A stretch of 64,000 nucleotides of DNA, from the NCBI GenBank assembly GCA_009914755.4, contig CP068257.2, positions 27,648,001 to 27,712,000 on the forward strand, written 5' to 3'. This document shows, piece after piece, positions 27,186-40,146 of this stretch. Within the stretch, counting starts at the first letter, position 1. Every line of letters begins with the position of its first letter. The stretch comes from the human T2T-CHM13v2.0 reference genome, Homo sapiens. Made by a program: the position numbers and the translations under genes. Under the pieces are notes generated by a model. It was not told the origin of the DNA. It searched no databases and saw nothing but the letters and a program-made list of their open reading frames with translations.

Positions 27186-30100
27186 TCACCAAATATTGAT
27201 TAATAAGGGGAAATTTGTTGTTCCACAAATGCCCATTTAATCTGTTTGTGTAATAGTGTTCCTTCTCATCACACACAGGATACTTGGGGTATTTCTTGAA
27301 CTCCTTGTTCTTCCATCCCTCCTCAGTTTTACCTATTCTTCCCCCACATACCACTTGAGTCATGTAACATGAATTGAAATGTAATATTTGGACCTGGGAG
27401 CAGAGACTTTTTCAGTCTTTAAATTATTGCCCTTCTCAAGCCTTTAGTTTCCTTATCTGTAACAGAAGCGGGTCATCCTGGATGAATGTGCTTTTTTAAT
27501 TGGAAATTCTTTAGGTCTGTGAAATTAGCCATTATTTTGGGCAGACTTGTGCAATTTTAATATTTTCATTTTATCTTGAGATCCTTATTAAGCTTAACTG
27601 AATTTTTATTATAGGAAGTGTTAAGCCAGGTAATTTACAGAAGATCACATGGTTGATGATATCAGTAGAGCGTTAATCTGATTATCCACAGCTGCTGGTA
27701 GCCTTAAAATAACCTAAAACTTGATTTCCTGTTGTCCCTAATAATTCTGTGTGTTTAACACTTCATATTTTTCAGAGGGCTTCGTGAGACAGATAGGGTG
27801 GGAGCTACCTACTTAGGCTATCTATTCAGTTTCACACATGCACATTTGCCCTTGTTCACATGGCTAGACTTGACTTGATGGGTCTTTCCTCCTCATTTTC
27901 CTATAGCAGGGTTCTCTCATTTTTTTTAAACACCAAGTCTTCTTTTTATTTTAGATTTCTATAAAATTTAATTTATTCTTTAGTAATTTATTGTGAAGAA
28001 TCTGCTAAGTTTTAGAGCCCATCAACTTATCATGTAGTGACAAACCAATTATCTGCTGATGACTGTAGGAAATATCTACTCTAAAGGGGGAAAATGTAAT
28101 TGGCAATCTTTGGGAGATTTCACGACAATCAAAATAATTGTGAACTATCTTTTTAACCAAGGCACATTTTTTGTTTGTTTATAGTTATTTATTCCAACAT
28201 TTTTCTGATTATAAAGTAGTATGTATTTATGGTTAAGAATTTGAATGCAGAAACAAAAATTACCTAGATCTTACCATGCTAATATTTTAATTATATATCC
28301 TAACAAGGCATGGTGATGGTGATGAGGGTGGCAACCAAGATTTCTGGACATACTGAATTGGTGATGCCTATTAGACATACAGGTAGTAATTTGAGTATGC
28401 AGTTGGCTATATGAGTATGAAATTCAAGAGAGAAGTCAAGATTGGACCAAATACGAATATGAGAGTGTTCAGCAAGTCAGTGAAGTGATCGTGTCTCCAT
28501 TGTGGGTCCAGATGTGTTCACCTAGGGAGTGTGTGCAAAGAAGAAACCAGAGGATTGTGGTATCCTGGAAGCCAAGTGAAGACAAGGTTTCAGGAAAGGA
28601 ATGATCAACTTGTTAAATATTGCTGAGATGCTGTGTAAGAAGACTGAACATTTGCCATTTGGTGATGTGGAAGCTGTTGAGCTTCACTAAATGGTTTCCA
28701 CGGAGTGGAGGGGAAAAGGCTTGTTTGAGTGGCCTCAAATGAAATTGGGAAGAGAGGGAAGAGACAGTGTGAGTATAAATGGTTCCTTTTGGAAATTCAG
28801 TACAGGAGAGCAAAGAATTATAGATCGAGGGGTATAAGGAGGGTCAATAAATTTTAAGAGAGGATCCATTATTCATCAGTTCCATTAAAGGCAAATGCAA
28901 AATTTTATTATGTGCGTGGTTTTCTGGTGGAAGTTCAATAGATTTCATCAGATTCTGTAAGGCAGAGAACCAGTGCTCTAGTGATTTGGCAGTTCAACAG
29001 CTCATTTTTCTGGAGGATACCCTTAAAATTTTAACTGATTTAAATTAATATTCACCAGTATTAAATAGTATGTGTAACATCGTACCCAAACAAGATGTCT
29101 TTCTGTATTTTTTTCTTTCCTTCTCTTAGTTTTGTTAAAATCTTTTTAGTTCAGAATATTCTCTATCAAATGCCTTTTCTATTTGAAGACTCTCCTAAAA
29201 AGTTATATTAATACTTGCAACCAAGTGATCAACCATTTACATTTAACTAAATTTTGCTACTTTTGTTTACTATCTATTTAAACATTTTAAGTTTGTGTTT
29301 TTAGTCAAAGTAATACTTGTTGGTTTTTGTTTGTTTGTTTTTTTAAGTACAGAGAACAACCTTATCTGCTGCACCTCACCCCCTAATTCTGCTTCAGTTA
29401 TGTGCAATGTTTACTGGTTTCTGCTATTTAATTTTTTTGGTGGATACCTCTGTCTAAAATGTTTACACCTCAGTTTATTTATCAACCTAAGATATTATCT
29501 GTTGACTTGGTATTACTGTGGGTGATGATTTCGTTTACTCTACTATCCCCCCACATGTATTTGTAATCTTATTATTCCACTTCTACTGTTGATCACCTCT
29601 GCAACTCCAGCTCTAAACACTTTTTTTCTGTTTCTTTTTCTTGTCTCATTAATCTGAGGCAGTGCCTTTTGACTCTGCACATTGTAAGTTGTATGGAAAT
29701 ACCATTCCCATTCTTCCTGATTCTGTCTCCCAGCCTGCTTTATTTTGTCAAGGTTAATAATATTTACATTCTATGCTATAGTTATAATTAAGTCTCTCAT
29801 TATTTGTCTATTCTAAAAGTTGAAAAAAGTCACAGAGATGTAAAGTGACATGCTTAACTGACAGTGGAGTCCTCAAGTTATAAAGTGCTATTAATCTTTT
29901 GTGCTGTCCACCCATAGGTATCCCTAGAGCAGCGCTAGCTGCTGTTTGGCAGTTTCTGGAGAAGCCTTTATGTCCTTACTTGTGCTCCCTGATAACAACT
30001 CTGTCCTCATCTTCAGCCCCTGATTGTGGGATTTTAGGGGTATCTGAGATGTAAGCATTTAGAAAGTGGTGTAGACAAACCGTGGAAGAGGCTGAGTTGG

Positions 30101-30329
30101 GAAATTTTACGTGTTGGGGGAATTTTCATTCTTTGCTTTTTTCCCCTCCCCTCTTTCTTGTGGGAGCCTTAACTGGGATAGTAACAATTGCACCCGCCTC
30201 TCTGCCCATTAGTTGCTCATCTTAGAAAATCTACAGTTAACATATTTAGTGGCGAAATACTTAACACTTTCCTTATATGGGAATGAGATGAGGATACCCA
30301 CTGTCACCACTCTCACTATTCGGTCATTG

Positions 30330-31900
30330 CAATAAGGGAAGAAAAAGAAATAAGCATAAAGACGGGAAAGAAGTAAAATGGTCTCTGTTTGCAGATGACA
30401 TGATTGTGTGCATAGAAAATCCTATGGAATCCACAAACAGCTATCCGAACTAGTAAGCAAATTAAGGTTGCAGAATTCACGGTTGATATTTAAAACGATA
30501 ATTTTGTTTTTACACAATAGCAACAAAACAAAACAAAAGAGAAAATGAAGTTTAAAAAAACCAACTCTGTATGCAGTAACTATAAACATTAAATGCTGAG
30601 GAATATAGCAAAAGCTTCACAAGCCCTCTACTAAAAAGATCATAATAATGCTGAGATAAAGAATGCCTAAGTAAATGAAGAGAGATGCCATATTCATATA
30701 CTGGAGGACTCAGTTTTTTAGATGTTGGTTCTCCCCAAATAGATCTATATTTTCATTGCATTCCTAATCAGAATTCAACTAGCTCTTACAGTAGAATTTA
30801 ATAAGAATTAAAAAGCCCAGAAGAATTAGACATTTCACAAAAGAAGGTATACAAATGGCTAATAAGCACATGTAAGGAGGCTCAACATCCATTACTTATC
30901 AAGAAATGCAAAGTAAAACCACAGTGAGATACCACCATACATATCAGGATAGGCAGGATTAAAAAGATGACAGTACCAAGGGTTAATGAGAATGTAGAGC
31001 ACGGCTGTCCAACCTTTTGGCTTCCTTGGGCTGCATTGGAAGAATTGTCTTGGGCCACAAATAAAATACACTAACACTAACGATAGCTGACAAGCTAGGA
31101 AAAAAAAAAGGTCCATGCATGATTTTCATGCTATCTGCCACCGCCGATGAAACAAAACAGTCCTCACGTTCAAAGGGATGGACACGTCTTACATAGAGCA
31201 TTCTAATTAATTGCCATACATTGGAATTGTCATACACTGCTGGTAGCAAGATAAAATGATACAGTCACTTTGGAAAACTATTCAGTAATTTCTAAAAAGT
31301 TAGGCATGTGCCTATAATATGACCCAGCTCTTCTACTCCTAGGTGTTTACCCAAGAAAAGTGATACACGAAATATATGTCCATGCAAATGTTCATCAAAG
31401 CTTTATTACAATAATCCCAAATTCAGAACAATGCAAGGGTACATCTTTATTATAGTAGTCCATCAGAGTCAAATGGATAAACAAATTGTGGCATATCCAT
31501 GTAATGGAGTGTTATTTTGTAATACAAAGGAACATCTGATGTATGCAACAACATGAATGAACCTCAGAAACATTAAGAAGTAATGTTTCTGAGTAATGAA
31601 AGAAACCCGAAGTAAGAGTACATAATATGTGATTCTATTTGTATAAAAAGAAAATGCACATTAATCCATAGTAACATAAAGCAAATTATTGGTTACCTGG
31701 AATCAGGCACAGGGAAGGGTACATGTCAATGCCCTTGGAGGAAGGGGCGTGTGAAATTTTGAGGACTGATGGAAATTTTGTCTTGGTTGGGGGTGGTGGT
31801 GGTGGTTTTATGCACATATACAGTTGTTAAAGGTCATTGTATTGCATGCTTTAAATAGATATGGTTTATTCTATATAAATCATACCTCAAAGTTGCTTAA
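30330..31900 (+). mobile_element. Old L1 (L1M-type) 3'-terminal fragment, + orientation, with an internal unrelated insert (~30990-31240)
   Basis: Strings collinear with my recollection of the L1 ORF2 3' end and 3'UTR: ..ttgcagatgacatgattgtgtgcatagaaaatcctatggaatccacaaacag.., ..aagaaatgcaaagtaaaaccacagtgagataccaccatacat.., ..agtcactttggaaaactattcagtaatttctaaaaagttaggcatgtgcctataatatgacccagctcttctactcctaggtgtttacccaagaaaagtga.., ..aatggataaacaaattgtggcatatccatgtaatggagtgttattttg.. Confidence 0.75.
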
Positions 31901-34900
31901 CAAATAGTGACTGACAAAGGCATGACAGAAAATATGTATTCAGTAAAAAAGCTTTATTGATGTGGACCAATTCTAGTTACTAGTTCACATTTTCATAGCA
32001 GATAACAATCCTATTCAGAATCAAGTAGCAGCCAAATATGTTAAGCAAATAAAAGACTTCATTGTTTCTTAAGCTCTTTGTAGTAAGAAGGTATAACAGT
32101 GGAATCTGTTAGTCTTGTTTTGGTTCTGGAGCTTGGATTTCCTGTGTTCCTTCTCATCTTTGTTCCAGTATTTACTTCCAAGCTCTTCTAAGCTTATGAC
32201 CTGGAATTATCAAAGTTGGTTTTCATCATTTGGGAAGTAAAACACCATTTATTTTTGAGCTTTGAGGAGTCTATAACTTTAACAAACTTCCCTAACAGTT
32301 CACAGTCTTCTCCTCTAAGCTTAACTTTAGTTTCATAATTTCGAATATGGATTTAGACCCAGCAACTATAACAAAAGGTCCATGACTTAACTATATAGTT
32401 TTTAATGTTAGGAAAAGTAAATGAAAAATCTTGCCTGTATGGGACCTCACATGATGTTGTAATAATCATGAGCTGCAAAAATTGTAGTGATTCCCTCCCA
32501 CCCCATTTTTAAAAAAGCGGTGGCATCTTTAGTTATATAACAGTTCTAATGTAAATTACCAGGTTATTTACTCCTCTAACAATGTCATCATTTTTGGTGT
32601 TGCTGTAAGCTCCTCTGCTACTTACCTTAGTTCAAACTTTTTTTTTTGTTTCCCATTTTCATTCAGCCTTTTCAAAATATATTTGTCAGTGTACCTTATC
32701 CAATAATACTTAAGGATTTTCTTAAGGCTGAGAGAAATAACTTTAGAAAATGTGACTATCAAATACAGATGTTTAAACAGTTATGATATTTAAGCCTGTA
32801 AACGGTTAAAGAAAATAACAGCTTGGTCATGGAGTTACTCTTCCAGGCTCTCCTGGCAGGTGAGTCGGGTCTTAGGACCTTGGGAAGAATGTTGTCTTAA
32901 ATTACTGTCCTGAATTAAGTTTCCACAGACTTTCTGATGTTAAGTTTTTTTCAGAATTACAGAATGATGAAAAGCCATGTCTTTATAATTTTTCTTATGG
33001 GAATCTCCACCTTAAATTTAAAATCATTTTTAAAATAAAGGCCCTTAAAGGAGAGTTAAGGGTGTAGACACAGGATACTGTTGGATCTTTGCCATCCACT
33101 TGAAAAATTGAATGTAAGGTTCACCTAATTTCAGAAGAACACTCAAACTTTGGGTATCTTAGGTGTATTGTAACAGGAACTGACTGGCTTAGGGGAGTTT
33201 GAAGCTTGGGCTTAGGGAGGTTAGCTTTCTTAGCTTAGGGAGCTCAGAAAGATGTCATAGTAGAGGAATTTCCCTGTCTTCTGAGCCATTGAATACCCTG
33301 CCCTGAAATTGAGTGAGGTGAAAGTAATTGACAGGTTGATGAAGGTGATGTTAGGCAGAAACAGTGAGGAGGCAAAGGTGGAAATTCCAAATAGCCACTA
33401 GAAATGCGAGAAGGCAGGTTTTGAGGAATGGACTGGGCTGCAGATCAGGGCACTGCTTTTATAAAAAGGCTGGCACTTGCCCATATGCACCGTTCCTGAT
33501 GTCCACTGGCCACCACTTGTGGCCAACCACACACACACACACCCTTGACTAACAGAACTATTTGTGAAATAATTGTTCTCATTAATTGAATATTATGGTT
33601 AAATGAAAATTGACCAGGAAAGTAGTTTTTGTTTGAAGACTTACTTCAAATAAATACCTTTCCAGATGTCCACATTCCTGTGTAAATTGATTATAATGAT
33701 CATTATTATCTTTTTTACTTGAGGCATCATTCTCATTTTGAACATATCTAGGTTATGTTCTTGAAGGGACAGTCTTTTATTTGTGTTTTCTTGGCACTTA
33801 ATGCATCATATGGCCCAGCTAACACTTGTAGGAAGAACATTTGTCATTTTTCAATGAAGATAAAAAATGTATGGTAGCCTTTTTTTAAAAAAAAAAATTT
33901 GAGGTGTTATTTATTGTACCCTTCTACATTGAGAATTAAAACACAACATATAATCTATTGAAACTTGAGGTAGATAAAATTCTAGCTCTTTTTCACACAT
34001 GGAACTTTATACAAAGTTATCTTCTGACTTTCTGTTAGATGAAATATTGTAGACCTGGTTCCATGATCACATGTTCACCTTAGGTTTTTAAGAGTTTTTT
34101 TTCCTTTAAATAAATTATATAATGTGATAAAGCCACAGCATCTTGTTTTCTGTATGATTTTGAAAGCAAAAATGTCAAGTAGTAACTATATCAAAACTTA
34201 AATTATGTGCATTCAGCAGAGAGCAGAAGTTATTTCCAAATTGAGGTGTAGGAAGCTTTAAAATGCTTATTCATCCTTTATCAGCACTAGTGAATGAATT
34301 GGCAATTTCCTAAGGTCAGCAAACTTTTATTTTGAATGATAACAATAGTATTATTTCTAAGAATATAGAAAAATGCAGGCGTAACACAGGAGTCCAAATT
34401 TAGTATTAAGTTAATAGAATTTTAGATTCTGGAAGGCTGGAGTGTTTTTAGGTTTGAGAAATGTTAGAAGGTGCATGATGGATGTTAGAGGACATGAAGG
34501 TGCCGTTCTTGTCTGATGTAGTTGTTACGTAGTTATTGGGTAAAAATGGATTGCTGACCACTTAGATGGTTTCCAGGATTAGGAGAAATGATTTTCAGAA
34601 CACTTCTGTAGTGCCTCATGCTAATGAAAGCAAAAGGCAAGGTGTTTTCATTACTGTAGGTCATATATATTGGCCATGTTTATAGTTGCCAGTCCTTGCT
34701 CTTTTTTGGCCTGTTGTTGCAGGTATGTCTTTGACTTCCAGAGGGATGAGCTGGCCTCTTTTTTGTCCCTCAAGTCTCTGGAAAAGCTGTCCAAGAAATT
34801 TTCTCTGAATGCTTGGCTCAGTGGCATTGTTCCACATATGTTGGAATAGGTGACTAGGCTGTGTTTGGAAGAAGATCTAGATTGGGGTCCCCAACCTCCG

Positions 34901-37900
34901 GGTTGCACAGCAGGAGGTGAGTGGCTGTCCAGTGAGCATTACTGCTTGAGCTCCACCTCCTGTCAGATCAGCAGTAGCATTAGATTCTCACAGGAGTGTG
35001 AACCCTATGGTAAACTGTGCATGCAAGGGATATAGGTTGCGCAGTCCTTATGAGACTCTAATGCCTGATGGTCTGAAACAGTTTCATCCTAAAACCATTG
35101 CACCCGCCCATGTGGGGAAAATTTGTCTTCCATGAAACCCATCCCTGGTGCCAAAAAGTTGGAGACTGCTGATCTAGATGATCTCTGTTTTGTTTCTGTA
35201 TTAAAAATAAGAAATTACTAATTCAGCAGCATGTACCTGTGTTGGACCAGGTCCAACAGGTATGCTTGGGTTATGGCAGGGAACAAATCAGACAAAGTTG
35301 TGACATTTAAACAGAGAACTAAAAGGTGAGGCATTAGCTGGCTGAAGAGTAGAAGTCCAGATAGTGGCCACAGTGTATGTGGAGGCCCTGAAATCAGTAG
35401 GAGCTTGGGGCCTGTGGAGCAGGAAGGAAGAGACAGTGAGGCTAGAGAATAGCAAGAAAGGGGGGCAATGGCTTGAGATAAGTCTGGATTAATGGATGGA
35501 AAACCCAACTACATAGGACTTGAGGACGTGTTAAGGATTTTGAAGTGATATGCCATTTATTTGGAAGATGACGTAGGGTTTTTGTTAGGAAGAGAATACA
35601 TTGGAGGGGGTCAAGAGGGGCTTTAGGGGTATAAGGCTTTTGTTAATATTATCACCACTAATAACAGCTAATATTATTTGTTGCTGTAGACCAAGCACTG
35701 TGCTGTGAACCCTTTTCCCACATCATCTCATATAAACTTCAGAACATCTCAGCGAGGTGGTGTTTTCTCTACTTTATAGATGAGGGAACCGAGACAGTGA
35801 GGTTAAGCAACTTGGCCAAGGTCATATAGCTAGTAGTGGCAGAGCTGGGATTTGAACCCAGACAGTGTAAGATTGTAAATTCTGAGACTCTAAATCCTGT
35901 GGTGTTTGCCACTGGGCCTGTATTTTTCATTGCGTAGGTGATGCGCCTATGTGGGTCTTGAAATTGAGTGGATCGCAACTGGGATTTAAAAAAAAAATTG
36001 AATGGAGTAGAAAGTATCAGACTACTTGCAAGTAATAAGCATAAATATTGATATGTGAAACTTTATTTTATGTAAGTAAACTTGTACATTTGTGAGCTTG
36101 TGAGCTGTTATAGAAGGTTAAACAGCATTTTTCCAGGCAGGAGCTGATGATGGCTTGGATTAGAGTTGTGCTGATGCCGATGGAGAGAGGTGGACCCCAG
36201 TGCTAAGAGGCAGAGGCAGCAGGACTCAGTAAGAGATTGGATAGAGGTGCCCAGCTGAGGAAGGAATGAGGAGTGAGTCCCAGATTTCTTGTATGAACAG
36301 CATCAGTCATGGTGCATGCTGTGCTCAATCCACTTGAAGGGAGACTGATCCTTCTTAGAGGGGTCCTCCTGGATGGCTGTTTTACTACCTGAATTTCTAG
36401 TTTCTCTCAGCTGCAGCTGACAGGACTTGGGGTTGGCATCTCGCCCAGGGGCAGCAAATCTGTAAGCTAGCTCTCAACCCATGAGATGATGTGTTACTGA
36501 AAACTGCCTAAACAGATGTTGAGCCAATAATTAATTCTCTGGAATTTGAGGTGAGTAGTCAGCCAGCTGGTGGCAGGATGAGAAGCGGTGGGCCACAGAT
36601 GTATGTAGTTGACTACTAGCAGCTCTAGGGTGAAGGTGTAGGAATTATTTGTGTGGAGTCACCTTGAGATTCAAAGAACCTTTAGATTTCCGTTTCTAAG
36701 GCCCAGAGTCATTCTCTTTCTGAAGCTCAGGTCCAATTTTTTTTTTCTTGCTCTCTCTGCGGTCCATATCTGTATTCTCAAGCATAACCTTTTAGTCATA
36801 TCCAGCTCCCCACATTGCTGCAGTGAATCTCCATACTGTGCGTTCAGCTAGTACTAACTGGAGACAGAATGATGGAGTAGTTAAAAAAAATGTCTGGTGG
36901 CAATTCCCCATCTTTGTCTTATTGGTCTTTTGATGTTGGCCAAGATACTTCTTACTGAGCCTTGGTTTCCACATCTGTAAAATTGGGATGATAGAGGAGC
37001 ATCACAGGGCTGTTTTGAGGCATAAACGAGAGAAACTCTATCTAGCACTTAGCTCAGTGCCTGGTGAAGAATTACAGCTTAATAATCTTGCCATTGATAG
37101 TTAACATCTTTAGGATAGTCTCTGGAGAGACTTAAACGTGTTCATTAACAAACATTATGGGAAGGAGCCAGCATAGAGGGAGAGGTTGGATATCTATGAG
37201 ACAGGGTCTTAAGAGAAGGTATTGGATCCCAGAGAAGCAGGCATGGCACGGGATTAAGAGAATACATTACAGATTGTTTTCAACAGAAGAGGGAACCTGA
37301 TGGAGGTGGTAGGAGGACTGTTTTTTCTGAGGTTGGGTCCCAGTCATGGTGATTTGCTAGGAGAGATGCTGATATCAGGAGGAGAAAAGTGGCAAGGTGG
37401 AAAGCTATTATAGAGAACAGGAGACAGGGACATACCAGAAAACTGGTGAACAGTACCAAGAGCCTGCGACTGCACATTGTAAATTTATAATGACACCAGT
37501 CTGTGTATTTCTACAGTGTTTTCTGGCAGTGCTGTGTTCAAAAGAATGATGAGCTATAGAAGTAAGATTAGTATAGTTTTGAAGGGTGTGCATCCTAGAT
37601 ACCAGGAAAGAATAAGGAGGCTGGGAGCGTGGGTACAGGGACATAGTAGGGCAGGTGGTCAGCCATGGAGTCCGGCTTGGTTGGGAGGGCAGTGTGCTCT
37701 GGGCAGGGTATAGTCTTGAAGAAAGAAGAGGGCAGTGGTCTGTGTGTGGTGCCACCCACAAAAGATATATAACTTCTTTGATTGATGGTTTTCCCTGTTA
37801 TTCTTAACACTAATTTCTTGTGTTGATAACTGAAGTATTAAGACTAATTGCTAAAAATAAATTTATATTCTCGTATGGGCCAAAACTGGAGTTAGTTCTA

Positions 37901-39123
37901 GTGTTTAATTTTGAAGTTACCAGTGATTTCGTGTGGTATGCTGAATCAGTAAATAAGTTGTGATCCTTAACCTTGGGACTGAACTTCAGTAGTCCTTATT
38001 TCTCCTTTCATTTTTGTTTGGAGTGTGTAGCAAATCTGAAAGCAGTACCATTTACTCATTCACTGACCATTTGAAGGCTTCCCATGTGTCAGGAGAACAG
38101 AAGTGAATGACGCAGGGATGATACCGTGAGGCATCACACGGATAAAGGCCAATAAGCTCCTCACAGTATCATCCTTTCCGGCCGTAGGGTGCTGGAAGAC
38201 AATATTAGAACTTCTCTTTTAACCTGTTACTTTGAACTTCTGTGTTTCTCAGAACATATATATCAGAATAGTAGCACATGTCTGAAAAATATAGATAAGC
38301 ATACACGTATTGGGGGTATTCTTGTTTTTGGCAGTAGTGTGTATGTGATCAAAAAATATTTGGAGGCTATTATATGTTAGTATGTATTTTAAAAAAATAT
38401 AAAATTATAACTTTTTCTTAGCATTTTGAGAAAACCTAGTTTCTGCATGTAATTAATGAGGTAGTTTTACTTGCCTGTATTTGTAGTGTGAAGTAAATCT
38501 TACTGTATAAAAAGACTTACTACCAAGATCTGGCTTGACACATTTCAGTCATTTTCTTCTTGGTGCTGGAGGAACTTTACCTTTTGTAGAACAGTGTCCC
38601 TTGTTATAAAACACTAAATTCACTTGCCATCTATCAGATGTTGAGGAATGGGGTGTGGAGAATGTGGAACAGCACATGCCTGTTTTACTATCAGTCTCAT
38701 CCCAAGGTGTGACCTCTGGGGACCTTCCTTCTTACCTCTCTGGCTGTCTCTCCTGCCTTCTCTCTCTCTCTCAACTGTCTCAAAACAATAGGATTGGGAT
38801 GCCACCAGAAATTCCCTGCTCCCATCTGTTTGCTCAGAGTAGGTGGTTACTCAGTGTGTAATGTCTCACTTTCAGAGAGCCATGAAATCCTTGGTTCAAA
38901 AAGTTCCCTCACACCAAGAATCTTTTCCGTAAAATTAGTTAGAAAAACTGCTATCAAGAACCTATTTTAAATGAAGTATATTGAATAAATGCCTCTAGGT
39001 TGTTCCTCTGGAGGTTTTTTATTTTCATTTTTGTTTTAATGAGTATGTATCTTAGCCTGTATTTGACACTGTCATTTTTTAACAAGATGTTATTTAAGTG
39101 AAATCTTGCATGTGTGTTTGCAG

Positions 39124-39183
39124 GTTGATGATAATTAGAAGCATGCTTTCCACTGAACTTCCCGACAACATTTGTTATGCAGA
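39124..39183 (+). other. BACH1: 5'UTR portion of BACH1 exon 2 (acceptor tgtgtttgcag|GTTGATG) upstream of the start codon
   Basis: Polypyrimidine/AG acceptor at 39121-39123. The main ATG is at 39184 with A at -3. Two short overlapping uORFs are present (see findings). Confidence 0.75.
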
Positions 39184-39417
39184 ATGTCTCTGAGTGAGAA
39201 CTCGGTTTTTGCCTATGAATCTTCTGTGCATAGCACCAATGTTTTACTCAGCCTTAATGACCAGCGGAAGAAAGATGTGCTGTGCGATGTCACCATCTTT
39301 GTGGAGGGACAGCGGTTCCGCGCTCACCGGTCCGTGCTGGCGGCATGCAGCAGTTACTTCCACTCAAGAATCGTAGGCCAGGCTGATGGAGAGCTGAACA
39401 TTACTCTTCCAGAAGAG
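39184..39417 (+). CDS. BACH1: BACH1 coding exon (aa 1-78): [79 protein letters not shown]-terminal part of the BTB/POZ domain
   Basis: Translation matches the human BACH1 N-terminus as I recall it. The track ORF at 39172 begins at TTG; the true ATG is at 39184-39186. The exon ends at GAG|GTGAGA donor (39418-39419 GT). Length is 234 nt, phase 0. Confidence 0.95.
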
Positions 39418-39785
39418 GTGAGAGATCCATGTTTTTGGCAATTTTAATCTACTTTTACTTAAGTTTTTTATGGTTCATAATGTTGAAAATAAAGCACAGT
39501 CTCCTTGTCAGGTGGCTATGGAGCATTTCCCAGGTTCTGTGCAACCCCTTTTTTTTTTTTTTTTAGTTTTTTTAATGTAAAATCATTAATTTTGAATGTT
39601 GGTTAACATTACTGAGCAGTTGGATATAACATAACACCCACTGTTATGTTATTTTTGATGAAATGACCAAATCAGGACACGCCCAGTGGATTGTAGGCAA
39701 TTGGAAAAGTCATGGTTTTGAGAGTCTGTGCTGTGTGACATTCTCTTCTAGGGGCCCTTTCCAGTGATCAGCAATTGTAGCTATG

Positions 39786-40146
39786 TGTGTTAGTCTGTTC
39801 TCGTGGCGCTAATAAAGACATACCTGAAACTGGGTAATTTTTAAAGGAAAGAAGTTTAATCGGCTCACAGTTGCACATGGCTGGGGAGACCTCACAATCA
39901 TGGTGGAAGACGAAGGAAAAGCAAAGGGACTTACGTGGTGGTGGGCAAGAGAGAACTTGTGCAGTGAAGCTCCCCCTTATAAAACCATCACATCTCGTGA
40001 GACTTATTCACTATCACCAGAATAGCACTGGAAAGACCCGCCCCTGTGATTCAGTGACCTCCCATTGGGTCCCTCCCATGACGTGGCAATTGTGGGAGCT
40101 ACAATTCAAGATAAGATTTGGGTGGGGACACAGCCAAACCATATCA
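39786..40146 (-). mobile_element. THE1-like MaLR solo LTR in BACH1 intron 2, minus orientation
   Basis: tgtgttagtctgttctcgtggcgctaataaagacatacctgaaactgggtaatttttaaaggaaagaagtttaatcggctcacagttgcacatggctggggagacctcacaatcatggtggaag...ctcgtgagacttattcactatcacc...acaattcaagataagatttgggtggggacacagccaaaccatatca. Confidence 0.75.

Noticed and set aside
30990-31240. Odd ~250-bp segment (..ggctgtccaaccttttggcttccttgggctgcattggaagaattgtcttgggccacaaataaaatacactaacactaacgatagctgacaagctaggaaaaaaaaaa..) interrupting the L1M fragment; considered as a possible small RNA/SINE
   Set aside because: I could not match it confidently to any family from memory. It has an A-tail, so it is probably another nested ancient repeat fragment. 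Left unclassified within the L1 annotation.
39172-39447. Track ORF start coordinates for the BACH1 exons (39172, 43937, 60263) and ORF ends running past splice donors
   Set aside because: The track uses bacterial-style alternative starts (TTG at 39172, GTG at 43937 rendered as M) and ignores splicing. True exon/CDS boundaries were set from splice consensus and the known protein.
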